A DNA stretch of 64,000 nucleotides from NCBI GenBank assembly GCA_963760795.1, contig CAVXEP010000028.1, forward strand, positions 1 to 64,000. The letters run 5' to 3'. Positions 9,998 to 19,891 of this stretch are shown one piece after another. The notes beneath the pieces were generated by a model, which had not been told where the DNA came from, searched no databases, and worked only from the letters and a program-made list of their open reading frames with translations. This stretch comes from an uncultured delta proteobacterium. Its GTDB lineage: Bacteria > Desulfobacterota > Binatia > UBA9968. The first letter of the stretch is position 1. Each line of letters begins with the position of its first letter. Made by a program: the position numbers and the translations under genes.

Positions 9998-10912
9998 ATG
10001 ATGAGTCGGGGACTTAAAGGAAAAATTGCCTTGGTCGCCGGAGCGACTCGCGGAGCGGGACGCGGGATAGCCGTCCAGCTAGGAGCGGCCGGAGCGACCG
10101 TTTACGTCACTGGGCGAACGACGCGGTCCGAGCGATCGGAGATGAACCGGCCGGAGACAATCGAAGAGACCGCGGCTCTCGTAGACGATGCCGGCGGCCG
10201 CGGCGTCGCGGTCCAGGTCGACCATCTCGTGCCCGACGAGGTGCGCGCGCTAGTGACTCGCATTGAAAACGAACAGGCCGGCCTGCACATCCTGGTGAAC
10301 GACATTTGGGGCGCTACTAAAATGGAATGGAACAAATCGGTCTGGGAATCCTCTTTGGACTATGGGCTGCGCACCCTGCGCTTGGCGGTGGACACCCATG
10401 CCATCACCAGCCACTTCGCGATACCGCTGCTTATCAAGACCCCAGGCGGCCTGGTTGTCGAGGTGACTGACGGGACCGATGAGTACAATGCGGCCAACTA
10501 CCGGGTCTCTTTTTTCTACGACCTGGCCAAGGCGTCGGTGAATCGAATGGCGTTCGCACTGGCACACGAGCTGAAACCCTATAACGCGACGGCCGTGTCG
10601 CTCACTCCCGGTTGGCTGCGCTCAGAGTTCATGCTCGAGGCCTACGGCGTCACCGAGTCAACCTGGCGTGACGCGACCAAGATCAGTCCCCACTTCGCCA
10701 TTTCCGAGAGTCCAGCGTTTGTCGGCCGTGCCGTCGCGGCGCTCGCACAAGATCCCGACCGGTCGCGCTGGAACGGCAAGTCATTGTCCAGCGGGCAGCT
10801 GGCGAAAATCTATAGTTTCACCGATCTCGACGGCAGCCAACCGGATGCCTGGAGATATCTCGTCGAAATTCAGGACGCCGGCAAACCCGCCGACGTAGCT
10901 GGCTATAGATAG
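9998..10912 (+). CDS. SDR family oxidoreductase
   Basis: VAGATRGAGRG, YDLAK catalytic motif, TPGWLRSE. Confidence 0.9.
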   Translation: MMSRGLKGKIALVAGATRGAGRGIAVQLGAAGATVYVTGRTTRSERSEMNRPETIEETAALVDDAGGRGVAVQVDHLVPDEVRALVTRIENEQAGLHILVNDIWGATKMEWNKSVWESSLDYGLRTLRLAVDTHAITSHFAIPLLIKTPGGLVVEVTDGTDEYNAANYRVSFFYDLAKASVNRMAFALAHELKPYNATAVSLTPGWLRSEFMLEAYGVTESTWRDATKISPHFAISESPAFVGRAVAALAQDPDRSRWNGKSLSSGQLAKIYSFTDLDGSQPDAWRYLVEIQDAGKPADVAGYR

Positions 10913-10998
10913 CGTAGCTAGCCCAACAAGGAATGCCGTCGCCGGCGCTTAGCGAAAGCCGCGGGCCTGTCGGCGAGAGGCACTGAGCTCCTAGGCAA

Positions 10999-11172
10999 AT
11001 GAAATACATGATGCCGATTCAGCTTGACGAAGCAGCCTTCGCCAGGATCACCAAGAACAAGCAGCAGCAAATGCTAGCCCAATCTTTCGCACTCACGCAA
11101 CAACTCCGCCATTATTTATTGGGGCGACATTCAGGCGGTCAACTCTCTCAACAGAAAGGATCACGACCATGA
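10999..11172 (+). pseudogene. truncated YciI/DGPF paralog
   Basis: MKYMMPIQLDEAAFARITKNKQQQMLAQSFALTQQL aligns to MKFMLLVHHDEVAFDQISKDKQQQMLAESIALTHQL (15603); similarity stops near 11110, before DGPF. Confidence 0.75.
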
Positions 11173-11702
11173 CCATCCAATTGAACCACACCATCGTTGC
11201 CGCGCGCGACAAAGACATCTCGGCAACGTTCTTGACTGAGATTTTGGGTCTGCCCGCGCCCGTCCTAGTCGGTCCGTTTGCAGTGGTAAAAGTGTGCGAT
11301 ACCTCGCTGGACTATATGAACGTTGAGGAATACCGCACCAGTGCCAACGGCGAGATCACGTCGCAACACTATGCTTTTCTGGTGAGCGAGGCCGAATTTG
11401 ACGAGATCTTCGAGCGGATTCGCCAGCGGCGCCTGCCGTACTGGGCCGACCCCGGCCGCCTCGAGCGCGACCAGATCAATACCTGGGACGGTGGGCGCGG
11501 GGTCTACTTTGCCGACCCGAATGGCCATCTATTGGAGATCATCACCCGTCCTTACGGCAGCGGGGGTACGACGGCGTCGCGGGTTCACCCTTTGTTCGCG
11601 GCTACCGGCGATGACCAAGGCGGACGCTCTGATAATCAAGAAAAGCACGGGGACAGCCTCGCCGCTGCGGAACGGACCGACGTGGGACGAGTAGAAAAGT
11701 GA
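11169..11702 (+). CDS. VOC/glyoxalase family protein
   Basis: LNHTIV, QHYAFLV, GGRGVYFADPNGHLLEIIT. Confidence 0.9.
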   Translation: MTIQLNHTIVAARDKDISATFLTEILGLPAPVLVGPFAVVKVCDTSLDYMNVEEYRTSANGEITSQHYAFLVSEAEFDEIFERIRQRRLPYWADPGRLERDQINTWDGGRGVYFADPNGHLLEIITRPYGSGGTTASRVHPLFAATGDDQGGRSDNQEKHGDSLAAAERTDVGRVEK

Positions 11703-11745
11703 TGAAGGAACTGGCAATCGTCGAATGGCGCGATCCTTTGGGGGT

Positions 11746-11771
11746 GTCATTCCGAATGAAGCGAGAAATCA
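11746..11771. repeat. REP-like intergenic element
   Basis: TGTCATTCCGAATGAAGCGAGAAATC resembles GTCATTCCG..GAATC-type repeats. Confidence 0.35.
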
Positions 11772-11820
11772 CAATCCGGCGTGTAAGGAGACGCTTGAAT
11801 AAATCAAAAGGAGGCAAGTA

Positions 11821-13464
11821 ATGCGAGCCATGGTGGTCTTTTTCATTCTTACATTTCTCATTTCTACAGCAATGGGCCAGCACCCGCATGAAAATAAACG
11901 GGCGAAAGTGGTTGAGCTTCACCCTGGATTGGGCAACTACCATCATCCGATCACAACCAGAAATGCTGAAGCGCAAACCTACTTCGACCAGGGGCTGACG
12001 CTTCTCTACGGCTTCAATCATGACGAAGCCGCGCGTTACTTTCACCGCGCCGCTGAGCTCGACCCCGAAGCCGCGCTGCCGTATTGGGGCATCGCGCTTG
12101 CCACCGGGCAGAACTACAACGATAGCGCGGTGGATGCTAACCGCGCCAAAGCGACCTACGGCGCGGTCCGGCAAGCGCTCGAGCGCGCGCCCAAGGCGAG
12201 CGCTCGCGAGCAAGACTACATCCGCGCTTTACAGAAGCGCTATCCTTCGGCGAACCCAAAGTCGGACTGGAAGAAGTTCCACCTCGAATACAGCAACGCC
12301 ATGCGCGCAGTGGTGAAAAAATACCCCGACGACCTCGATGCCGCCACTCTGTTTGCCGAGAGCCTGATGATGCTCCGGCCGTGGCAGCTCTGGACAGCCG
12401 ACGGCAAGCCAGCGCCCGGCACCCTCGAGCTGGTCGCGGTACTCGAATCCGTCTTGAAGCGCAATCCGCATCACCCGGGTGCAAACCATTTCTACATTCA
12501 TGCGGTGGAAGCTTCGCCCAACCTCGAGCGCGCGATCCCCAGCGCCCAGCGCCTGATGACGCTGGTTCCCGGTGCCGGACATCTGGTCCACATGCCGGGC
12601 CATATTTTTCTCCAGACCGGCGACTACGAGCTGGCGGCGAAAACCAATGTCGATGCGGCGGCGGCGGACGCGGCGTTTGTTCAGCGGACGGGAGCTTCCG
12701 GCGTGTATCCGTTGATGTACTGGACCCACAACATTCACTTTATCTCTTACGCGCGCGCGCAGCAGGGACGCTACGACGAAGCGAAGCAAGCAGCGCTACA
12801 AATGGCAAAAAATGTCGGCGACGCAGATTCCCAGATGCAAATGCTTGAAGGCTTTCACCTCTACCCGTTGATGGTCGATCTGCGCTTCCATCGCTGGGAC
12901 GATATTCTCAACGCGGCCGATCCGGGTCCCGACCGCAAGCTGCACCGGACTTTCCGCCATTACGCGCGCGCGATGGCGCTGGCTGGACAGGGCAAACTCG
13001 CCGACGCGGCGGCGGAGCGAAAGCAGTTTGAAACCATGCGCAAGGCGGTGCCGGGAGAATCGCAATTTTTGATTAACAATAAATCGTCGGATATTCTTGC
13101 CCTCGCCGCTGCCACTCTCGATGCCCAGCTTGCCTGGGAGCGCGGCGAAAAAGACCAGTCCATCGAAGCATGGCGCCGGGCCGTCAAACTTGAGGCCAAA
13201 ATCCAATACGACGAGCCGCCGGCATGGTTCTACCCGGTGCGGCAATCGTTAGCCGCCGCGCTGCTGCGCAGCGGGCGGCCTAGGGAGGCGGAATCCGTCT
13301 TTCGGGCAGCCATTGGGAAACAACCGCGTGACGGCCGGCTACTTTTTGGCCTGTGGCAAAGCTTGATGGCGCAAAACCGCCATAGCGAAGCCACGCTGGT
13401 CGAACAGCAGTTTGTCGCTGCGTGGAGCGACGCTACGGTGAAGCTGGGTATCGAAGATCTGTAA
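11821..13464 (+). CDS. secreted TPR-repeat protein with His-rich motifs
   Basis: Signal peptide; AQTYFDQGL..YGFNHDEA, HPGANHFYIHAVE, AGHLVHMPGHIF, YDEPPAWFYPVR. Confidence 0.85.
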   Translation: MRAMVVFFILTFLISTAMGQHPHENKRAKVVELHPGLGNYHHPITTRNAEAQTYFDQGLTLLYGFNHDEAARYFHRAAELDPEAALPYWGIALATGQNYNDSAVDANRAKATYGAVRQALERAPKASAREQDYIRALQKRYPSANPKSDWKKFHLEYSNAMRAVVKKYPDDLDAATLFAESLMMLRPWQLWTADGKPAPGTLELVAVLESVLKRNPHHPGANHFYIHAVEASPNLERAIPSAQRLMTLVPGAGHLVHMPGHIFLQTGDYELAAKTNVDAAAADAAFVQRTGASGVYPLMYWTHNIHFISYARAQQGRYDEAKQAALQMAKNVGDADSQMQMLEGFHLYPLMVDLRFHRWDDILNAADPGPDRKLHRTFRHYARAMALAGQGKLADAAAERKQFETMRKAVPGESQFLINNKSSDILALAAATLDAQLAWERGEKDQSIEAWRRAVKLEAKIQYDEPPAWFYPVRQSLAAALLRSGRPREAESVFRAAIGKQPRDGRLLFGLWQSLMAQNRHSEATLVEQQFVAAWSDATVKLGIEDL

Positions 13465-13570
13465 GAATTCGTCGCTGGTGAAAACCGCAATCCGGGCGAG
13501 AGCGATGGCCTGGATGCCGGCGCTGCGTTACTGGCATTCGCCAGCTGAACAAGAAAATTAATTGAGCTTT

Positions 13571-13599
13571 TGTCGATTTGGCAACCTGCCAATCGACTA
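13571..13599 (+). promoter_or_regulatory. ECF-type promoter copy 2 (TGTCGA-N17-CGACTA)
   Basis: 73 nt upstream of the YciI-GyrI gene. Confidence 0.78.
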
Positions 13600-13672
13600 C
13601 TTGATGTAAGAATCGGTACCCTGGCTGAAATCGTGCGGCGCATCGGGGAATTAAGCCAAAAAGGAGACATAA

Positions 13673-14551
13673 ATGCGATTCATGATCTTAATTAAAGCCA
13701 CCAAGGATTCGGAAGCGGGCGTGATGCCCAGCGAGCAGCTACTGGCCGAAATGGGCAACTTCAACGAAGAACTGGTGAAAGCCGGTGTCATGCTCGCCGG
13801 TGAGGGACTCCACCCAAGCTCAAAAGGCGCGCGCGTTCGGTTTTCTCGAAGCACGCGGACGGTGATCGATGGACCGTTCGTCGAGACCAAAGAACTAGTC
13901 GCTGGATTCTGGTTGTGGCAAGTAAAGTCAAAGGAAGAGGCAATCCAGTGGGTCAAGCGCTGCCCCAATCCCCATAACGAAGATTGTGAAATCGAGATTC
14001 GCCAGGTGTTCGAAGCCGAGGACTTTGGCGCAGAGTTTACTCCCGAACTCAGAAGGCAGGAAGCCGGCATTCGCGCCCAAGCGCTGGGCCTGGGCCCGCT
14101 TCGATTCGAACATGGGCGGGAAATGCTGATTGCGGGATTGAACCAGAGCTATACGTTCGAGAACCGGAGCAAAATTCCCATGCAGTGGGAAAATTTCATC
14201 CCTCAAATCGGCAAAGTTCCTGGCCAGGTGGGCAAGGTTGCTTATGGCGTCTGCTGGAACAATCGGCCGGGGCATGGATTCGACTATCTCTGCGGCGTCG
14301 AAGTGACAGATGCCGCGAAGCTGCCGCCCGAGTTGACAACCGTACGTCTCCCCGGCCAAGAATATGCGGTCTTAACGCACTCGGATCATGTATCGACCAT
14401 TGGCACTACGATCGACAAGATATGGAATGGCTGGATTCGCCAATCCGGGCTAAAGGTCGCCGAGTCGCCGTGGTTCGAACGCTACAATGAAGAGTTTAAT
14501 CCTCAGACCGGCATGGGCGGCATGGAAATCTGGATTCCGATTTCGCGGTAA
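13673..14551 (+). CDS. YciI/DGPF domain fused to GyrI-like small-molecule-binding domain
   Basis: N-terminal GEGLHPSSKG..DGPFVETKELVAGFW; C-terminal YGVC..FDYLCGVEV..FERYNEEF..MEIWIP. Confidence 0.88.
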   Translation: MRFMILIKATKDSEAGVMPSEQLLAEMGNFNEELVKAGVMLAGEGLHPSSKGARVRFSRSTRTVIDGPFVETKELVAGFWLWQVKSKEEAIQWVKRCPNPHNEDCEIEIRQVFEAEDFGAEFTPELRRQEAGIRAQALGLGPLRFEHGREMLIAGLNQSYTFENRSKIPMQWENFIPQIGKVPGQVGKVAYGVCWNNRPGHGFDYLCGVEVTDAAKLPPELTTVRLPGQEYAVLTHSDHVSTIGTTIDKIWNGWIRQSGLKVAESPWFERYNEEFNPQTGMGGMEIWIPISR

Positions 14552-14582
14552 GCGGCGCAGCAACGAAGAATTCTAACGGATG

Positions 14583-14611
14583 TGTCGAATTGGATGATTC
14601 GTGTTCGACTA
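14583..14611 (+). promoter_or_regulatory. ECF-type promoter copy 3 (TGTCGA-N17-CGACTA)
   Basis: 54 nt upstream of the YciI ATG at 14666. Confidence 0.78.
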
Positions 14612-14665
14612 TGGTTGATAGACAAACGGGTTGACCGCCGTAATGACCGGTCGGAGAACGCAACC

Positions 14666-15040
14666 ATGAAGTATCTTTGCCTTTCGTACCTGGATGAAAC
14701 GAAATTCGAGGTGCTTTCTGAAAGTGAGCGCGAGAGCTTTATCAAGGCATGTTCCGCGTACGACGATATCCTTCGCAAAAACGGTCATTTCATACGCCTG
14801 GAGGCGCTAGACAATGCGCGGAACGCTAAAACGCTGCGCTACCGAGACGGCAAAGTGTCCAACACCGATGGACCATTCGCCGAAACCAAAGAACAAATCG
14901 GCGGAATTCTCTTGCTCGATGCCCATGACCTAAAGCAAGCCACGGAGTTGATGGCGAAGCATCCCGGTATCCGCGTAGCGACCTTCGAAATCCGTGCGCT
15001 CGATGAGGAGTCGACAGCGAAGGTCAACCCGGCCGAATAG
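14666..15040 (+). CDS. YciI/DGPF family protein
   Basis: MKYLCL start after GGAGA RBS; TDGPFAETKEQIGG. Confidence 0.88.
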   Translation: MKYLCLSYLDETKFEVLSESERESFIKACSAYDDILRKNGHFIRLEALDNARNAKTLRYRDGKVSNTDGPFAETKEQIGGILLLDAHDLKQATELMAKHPGIRVATFEIRALDEESTAKVNPAE

Positions 15041-15158
15041 AATTGCCCGAGCGATGGCGCCCGACTCCCTGCGAAAATAAGTAATCCGGGAAACATAGAC
15101 TGCTTAACGGAATAAGTAGAACGATCACACAGCAACAAACAAAAAAGGAGATACGAGT

Positions 15159-15572
15159 ATGGCTATCGAACCCTATCTATTTTTCAATGGCCGCTGCGAA
15201 GAGGCGATCGAATTTTACAAGAAAGCTCTAGGCGCCGAAGTCTTGATGCTGATGCGCTTCAAAGACAGTCCGGAACCGCCCGCGCCTGGCATGGTCCCGC
15301 CCGGCTCGGACAATAAAATCATGCATCTGTGCATGCGCGTTGGCGACGCCAACGTCATGGCCTCCGACGGTCACTGCACCGGGCAAACCAGTTTCCAAGG
15401 ATTCTCCCTGTCGCTAACAGCCGCCGATGAAGCCGATGCCAAGCGCAAGTTCGCAGCACTAGCCGAAGGCGGTCAAGTGCAGATGCCGCTGGCAAAGACG
15501 TTCTGGTCGCCCTGCTTCGGCATGGTCGCCGACCGTTTCGGCGTCGGCTGGATGGTGACGGTAGCAGCGTGA
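15159..15572 (+). CDS. PhnB-like VOC protein
   Basis: PYLFFNGRCEEAIEFY, KIMH, TFWSPCFGMVADRFGVGWMV. Confidence 0.9.
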   Translation: MAIEPYLFFNGRCEEAIEFYKKALGAEVLMLMRFKDSPEPPAPGMVPPGSDNKIMHLCMRVGDANVMASDGHCTGQTSFQGFSLSLTAADEADAKRKFAALAEGGQVQMPLAKTFWSPCFGMVADRFGVGWMVTVAA

Positions 15573-15602
15573 CAGGCGACGGTAGGAGTTGGAGTTAGGC
15601 CT

Positions 15603-15968
15603 ATGAAATTCATGTTATTGGTTCACCATGACGAGGTCGCCTTTGACCAGATCAGCAAAGACAAGCAACAGCAGATGCTGGCCGAATCTATCGCGCTTAC
15701 CCACCAGCTCCACGCCAATGGGCAATATCTCAGTGCCTCGCCGCTGCAGCCGGCGGCGACGGCGGTCATCGTACGGCAGCGCGAAGGCAAAACCATCGTC
15801 ACCGACGGGCCGTTCATCGAGACCCGCGAACAGATCGCCGGCTATTTTCTGATCGATGCCAAGGATCTCAACGAGGCGGTCAGCATCGCCGCGAGAGTGC
15901 CAGGGGCGCGCATCGGCCCCGTCGAAGTGCGGCCTTTGCGGGAGATTACCGGGTTGCCGAAAGAATAA
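15603..15968 (+). CDS. YciI/DGPF family protein
   Basis: TDGPFIETREQIAGYFLID, VEVRP. Confidence 0.9.
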   Translation: MKFMLLVHHDEVAFDQISKDKQQQMLAESIALTHQLHANGQYLSASPLQPAATAVIVRQREGKTIVTDGPFIETREQIAGYFLIDAKDLNEAVSIAARVPGARIGPVEVRPLREITGLPKE

Positions 15969-15982
15969 AGTAGGGAGACGTC

Positions 15983-16456
15983 ATGCAAAAAATCACGCCG
16001 TGTTTATGGTTCGATAACAACGCTGAAGAGGCGGTAAACCACTACCTGTCTATCTTCAAGAACTCGAAGATTAATAAAATCCTGCGCTGTGGCGATGCGG
16101 GTCCGGGACCGAAGGGATCCGTCCTCACCATCGCCTTCCAGCTCGAGGGTCAGGATTTCATCGCTTTGAACGGCGGCCCGATATTCAAATTTAATGAAGC
16201 CATATCGCTGTCGGTGGACTGCAAATCTCAAATAGAAGTTGACGACCTGTGGGAGAAGTTATCCGACGGCGGTCAAAAGAGCCAGTGTGGATGGCTCAAG
16301 GACAAATTCGGATTGTCGTGGCAGGTGGTCCCCTCCGCATTGGTCGAGATGTTGCAGGACCCGGACCCTGAGAAATCCAAACGCGTCATGGCCGCGATGA
16401 TGCAAATGGGCAAAATAGACATTGCCAAATTGAAGCAAGCGTACGACCGACAATAA
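15983..16456 (+). CDS. VOC protein, 3-demethylubiquinone-9 3-methyltransferase-like (PhnB) family
   Basis: [31 protein letters not shown]. Confidence 0.9.
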   Translation: MQKITPCLWFDNNAEEAVNHYLSIFKNSKINKILRCGDAGPGPKGSVLTIAFQLEGQDFIALNGGPIFKFNEAISLSVDCKSQIEVDDLWEKLSDGGQKSQCGWLKDKFGLSWQVVPSALVEMLQDPDPEKSKRVMAAMMQMGKIDIAKLKQAYDRQ

Positions 16457-16479
16457 TAGTTGAATAAAGGAGATTCCTC

Positions 16480-16839
16480 ATGCGTTACGTCGACGGATTC
16501 GTTCTACCCGTGCCGAAGAAAAACCTCGCAGCTTATCGGCGCATGGCCCAGACCGCCGGTAAAGTCTGGCGCGACCATGGTGCCCTTGAGTACGTAGAAT
16601 GCGTGGCTGACGATGTGAAGCCAGGCAAACACACGTCATTTCCGCAGAGCGTCAAGCTGAAACCCGGCGAAACCGTGATTTTCGCTTACATAGTCTACAA
16701 GTCGCGCGCACAGCGCGACCGCGTCAACGCCAAAGTGATGAAAGACCCGCGCCTGGCGAAGATGATGGATCCCAAAGCCATGCCGTTTGACGGCAAGCGC
16801 ATGTTTTGGGGCGGGTTCAATGCCATGATCGCCCTGTAA
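16480..16839 (+). CDS. DUF1428 (YbaA-like) protein
   Basis: YVDGFVLPVP, GKHTSFP, MPFDGKRMFWGGF. Confidence 0.9.
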   Translation: MRYVDGFVLPVPKKNLAAYRRMAQTAGKVWRDHGALEYVECVADDVKPGKHTSFPQSVKLKPGETVIFAYIVYKSRAQRDRVNAKVMKDPRLAKMMDPKAMPFDGKRMFWGGFNAMIAL

Positions 16840-16942
16840 AATGACTTTGCCGGGCGATAAGCCCGCGCCGGTTAATCGAGATCGATAAAATGGCTGAAGC
16901 AATTTGCGCAACGTTTTTTGACAGGCGTAAAAGGAATCGTCT

Positions 16943-17422
16943 ATGAAAAAGACCGTGAAACCTATTCCTCGGGGTTACCACGCCGTCACACCGTATTTGA
17001 GTGTGAAAGGCGCGGCCAGCGCCATCGCATATTACAAGAAAGCTTTCGCAGCCAAGGAGATCATGCGCATGCCGGCGCCGGGAGGAACCATCGGCCACGC
17101 GGAAATCCAGATTGACGATTCCCATATCATGCTCGCCGACGAATATCCGGATATGAACTTTCGCGGGCCGAAATCGTTTGGCGGCACGTCGGTGCATATT
17201 CATCTCTACGTCCAAGACGTCGACCGGGTTGTAAAAAAGGCTGTCGCTGCCGGTGCGAAAGTGCTGCGTCCGGTGACGGACCAATTTTACGGCGACCGCA
17301 GCGGCTCCTTGGAAGATCCCTTCGGTCATGTCTGGCATGTAGCGACGCACAAAGAAGACGTCCCGGCAAAAGAATTAAAAAAGCGCGCAGCCAATATGGC
17401 TGCAGCGGCAGAGAAGAAGTGA
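16943..17422 (+). CDS. VOC/PhnB family protein
   Basis: GYHAVTPYL, HAEIQI, DQFYGDRSG..DPFGHVW. Confidence 0.9.
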   Translation: MKKTVKPIPRGYHAVTPYLSVKGAASAIAYYKKAFAAKEIMRMPAPGGTIGHAEIQIDDSHIMLADEYPDMNFRGPKSFGGTSVHIHLYVQDVDRVVKKAVAAGAKVLRPVTDQFYGDRSGSLEDPFGHVWHVATHKEDVPAKELKKRAANMAAAAEKK

Positions 17423-17435
17423 CGGAGGGCTGCCC

Positions 17436-17795
17436 ATGAAGTACATGTTACTGATCTACCTAAACGAGCAAACTCCGTTGAGCGAGGTTGAGCGGCAGGA
17501 TTGTTACGCCGAGTCCGCGCAGCTCGCCCAAGAGCTGCATTCAAGCGGAAAATATCTGAGCGCCAACCCGCTGCACCCGACTACGATGGCGACCAGCGTG
17601 CGGGTGCGTGACGGCAAACGGTTGGTCACCGATGGCCCATTTGCCGAGACCCGCGAACAGTTGGGCGGCTATTTTTTAATCGATGCCAAGGATCTCGACG
17701 AAGCGCTTGGCGTCGCCGGGCGTATTCCCATGGCGCGCAAGGGTACAGTCGAGGTGCGGCCGGTCATCGAGGTCCCGGGGTTGCCGCTGGGCTAG
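17436..17795 (+). CDS. YciI/DGPF family protein
   Basis: TDGPFAETREQLGGYFLID, GTVEVRP. Confidence 0.9.
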   Translation: MKYMLLIYLNEQTPLSEVERQDCYAESAQLAQELHSSGKYLSANPLHPTTMATSVRVRDGKRLVTDGPFAETREQLGGYFLIDAKDLDEALGVAGRIPMARKGTVEVRPVIEVPGLPLG

Positions 17796-17854
17796 TATTG
17801 AATAGTGAATATCGCTAGCGTGATCGATTTCGCCATGGAATAAATACCCAAGCC

Positions 17855-18259
17855 ATGAACGCTCTTGTAAACATCGACGTTGACGATCTCGACAAAGCCG
17901 CTCGCTTTTACCAATCGGCGTTCGGGTTAAGGATTGGCCGTCGCCTTGGTGACTTCGGAGTCGAAATGCTTGGCGGTCCGGCGCCCATTTATCTGCTCAT
18001 CAGGTCGACTGGAACACCAGCCTCGCCAACGACATCGCAGCGTCGGAGCTACGAGCGTCATTGGACGCCGGTCCATCTTGATTTTGTCGTTGAAGATATC
18101 GACCCGGCGATTCAGCGAGCGGTATCAGCCGGGGCGCGGATAGAAACGCCGATGACAACGCACAAGTGGGGTAAACTCGCACTCATGGTCGATCCGTTTG
18201 GCCACGGCTTTTGTTTTGTCCAATTCCTCGGACGCGGCTACGACGAAATCGCGTTGTAA
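17855..18259 (+). CDS. VOC/glyoxalase family protein
   Basis: NIDVDDL, TPVHLDFVV, DPFGHGFC. Confidence 0.88.
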   Translation: MNALVNIDVDDLDKAARFYQSAFGLRIGRRLGDFGVEMLGGPAPIYLLIRSTGTPASPTTSQRRSYERHWTPVHLDFVVEDIDPAIQRAVSAGARIETPMTTHKWGKLALMVDPFGHGFCFVQFLGRGYDEIAL

Positions 18260-18309
18260 TGCCGATCATCGATATGAACAAAGATGTGCACAAATTTGGA
18301 GGTTGCCCC

Positions 18310-18657
18310 ATGAAGTACAAAGGTAGCTGTCACTGCGGCAAGATAATCCTTGAAGTCGAAGGCGAACTCACCGGCGCGATGGCGTGCAATTGCTCCATGT
18401 GCGGACGTAAAGGCTCGCTCCTGTGGTTTGTGCCGCGCGCTCAGATGCACTTGCTTACGCCGGAAAACAATATGGCCACTTACACGTTCAACAAGCATGT
18501 CATCAAGCATCGCTTTTGCCCGACCTGTGGCATTCATCCGTTTGGCGAAGGTGTCGATCCGAAAGGCAATCCGACGGCGGCAATTAATATTCGTTGTCTC
18601 GATGGAGTCGACCTGGAGAAAGTTCCAGTTCAACATTTCGACGGCCGGTCGCTGTGA
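18310..18657 (+). CDS. GFA (glutathione-dependent formaldehyde-activating/CENP-V) family Zn protein
   Basis: [29 protein letters not shown]; ATG 18310 after GGAGG. Confidence 0.92.
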   Translation: MKYKGSCHCGKIILEVEGELTGAMACNCSMCGRKGSLLWFVPRAQMHLLTPENNMATYTFNKHVIKHRFCPTCGIHPFGEGVDPKGNPTAAINIRCLDGVDLEKVPVQHFDGRSL

Positions 18658-18703
18658 AGCTGGATCGGGCCATTGCAGCGTCAAATTCACAAAGGAGCAA
18701 ATT

Positions 18704-19891
18704 ATGAGCGGAGTTCGAGTTTTGGTTGGCACCCGCAAGGGCGCGTTCATTCTGACGGCGGACGGTAAGCGCGAACGATGGGATATTAGCGGGCCCCATT
18801 TCGCCGGATGGGAGATTTACCATATCAATGGTTCTCCGGTTGATCCGAATCGTTTGTATGCGTCACAGACGAGCAGCTGGTTCGGCCAAATCATTCAACG
18901 CTCGGATGATGGCGGTAAGACATGGCACCAACCCGGAACGCCTCCCGGCGAACCCACCACCGCCCCAGACGGAAGCCCCAAAGGCGAGAGCAACAAGTTC
19001 GTTTACGACACCTCACCTGAAAGCGGCAAGCCCCTGACCACGCACCAGTGGTACGACGGTACGGCGCACGCGTGGGAGTTCAAGCGCGTCTGGCATCTCG
19101 AACCCTCCCTGTCCGATCCGAACATTGTTTACGCCGGGGTCGAAGACGCAGCTTTGTTCCGCTCCAATGACGGCGGCCAAACCTGGCAGGAACTGGCCGG
19201 GCTGCGTGGTCACGGCTCGGGGTCATCCTGGGCGCCGGGTGCCGGTGGAATGTGTTTGCACACAATCCTCCTGGATGCGCACAACCCGAACCGGATCTTA
19301 ATCGCGATCTCGTCGGCGGGTGCGTTTCGCACCGACGATGCCGGCAAGACGTGGCAGCCGATCAACCGCGGTCTGCATTCGCTCTACATTCCCAACCCAA
19401 CTGCTGAGGTCGGCCATTGCGTGCACCGTATCGCCATGCACCGCTCGCGTCCGGACGTGCTGTACATGCAAAAGCACTGGGATGTCATGCGCAGCGATGA
19501 CGGCGGCGATTCCTGGCATGAGATAAGCGGCAACCTACCCACCGATTTCGGCTTTGTCATCGACGTCCACGCTCATGAGCCCGACACGATTTACGTCGTG
19601 CCGATCAAGAGCGACTCCGAGCACTTCCCGCTTGACGGCAAGCTGCGCGTCTACCGGAGCCGCAGCGGCGGCAACGACTGGGAAGCGCTGACCAAAGGAT
19701 TACCGCAGAGCGACTGCTATGTGAACGTCTTGCGCGACGCTATGGCGGTCGATTCGCTCGATAAATGCGGTGTCTATTTCGGCACTTCCGGCGGGCAAGT
19801 TTACGTATCAGCGGATGCCGGCGACAACTGGCAGCCGATCGTACGTGATCTTCCACCGGTGGTGTCCGTCGAAGTCCAGACACTGCCATGA
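18704..19891 (+). CDS. BNR/Asp-box beta-propeller (sialidase-like) cytoplasmic protein
   Basis: Repeated SxDxGxxW Asp boxes; starts [15 protein letters not shown] after AAGGAG; no signal peptide. Confidence 0.88.
   Translation: MSGVRVLVGTRKGAFILTADGKRERWDISGPHFAGWEIYHINGSPVDPNRLYASQTSSWFGQIIQRSDDGGKTWHQPGTPPGEPTTAPDGSPKGESNKFVYDTSPESGKPLTTHQWYDGTAHAWEFKRVWHLEPSLSDPNIVYAGVEDAALFRSNDGGQTWQELAGLRGHGSGSSWAPGAGGMCLHTILLDAHNPNRILIAISSAGAFRTDDAGKTWQPINRGLHSLYIPNPTAEVGHCVHRIAMHRSRPDVLYMQKHWDVMRSDDGGDSWHEISGNLPTDFGFVIDVHAHEPDTIYVVPIKSDSEHFPLDGKLRVYRSRSGGNDWEALTKGLPQSDCYVNVLRDAMAVDSLDKCGVYFGTSGGQVYVSADAGDNWQPIVRDLPPVVSVEVQTLP

Noticed and set aside
10920-10998. GCCCAAC...TAGGC with an internal hairpin resembling an integron attC site
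   Set aside because: No proper GTTRRRY end, no integrase and no repeated attC between the other island genes; TAGGC is explained by homology to the 15603 upstream region
11719-11745. CGTCGAAT as a fourth ECF promoter upstream of the TPR gene
   Set aside because: Mismatched -35 and no CGACTA at 17-nt spacing
18350-18703. N-terminal extension of the 513-aa ORF
   Set aside because: It overlaps the GFA gene in another frame; the RBS and family start are at 18704
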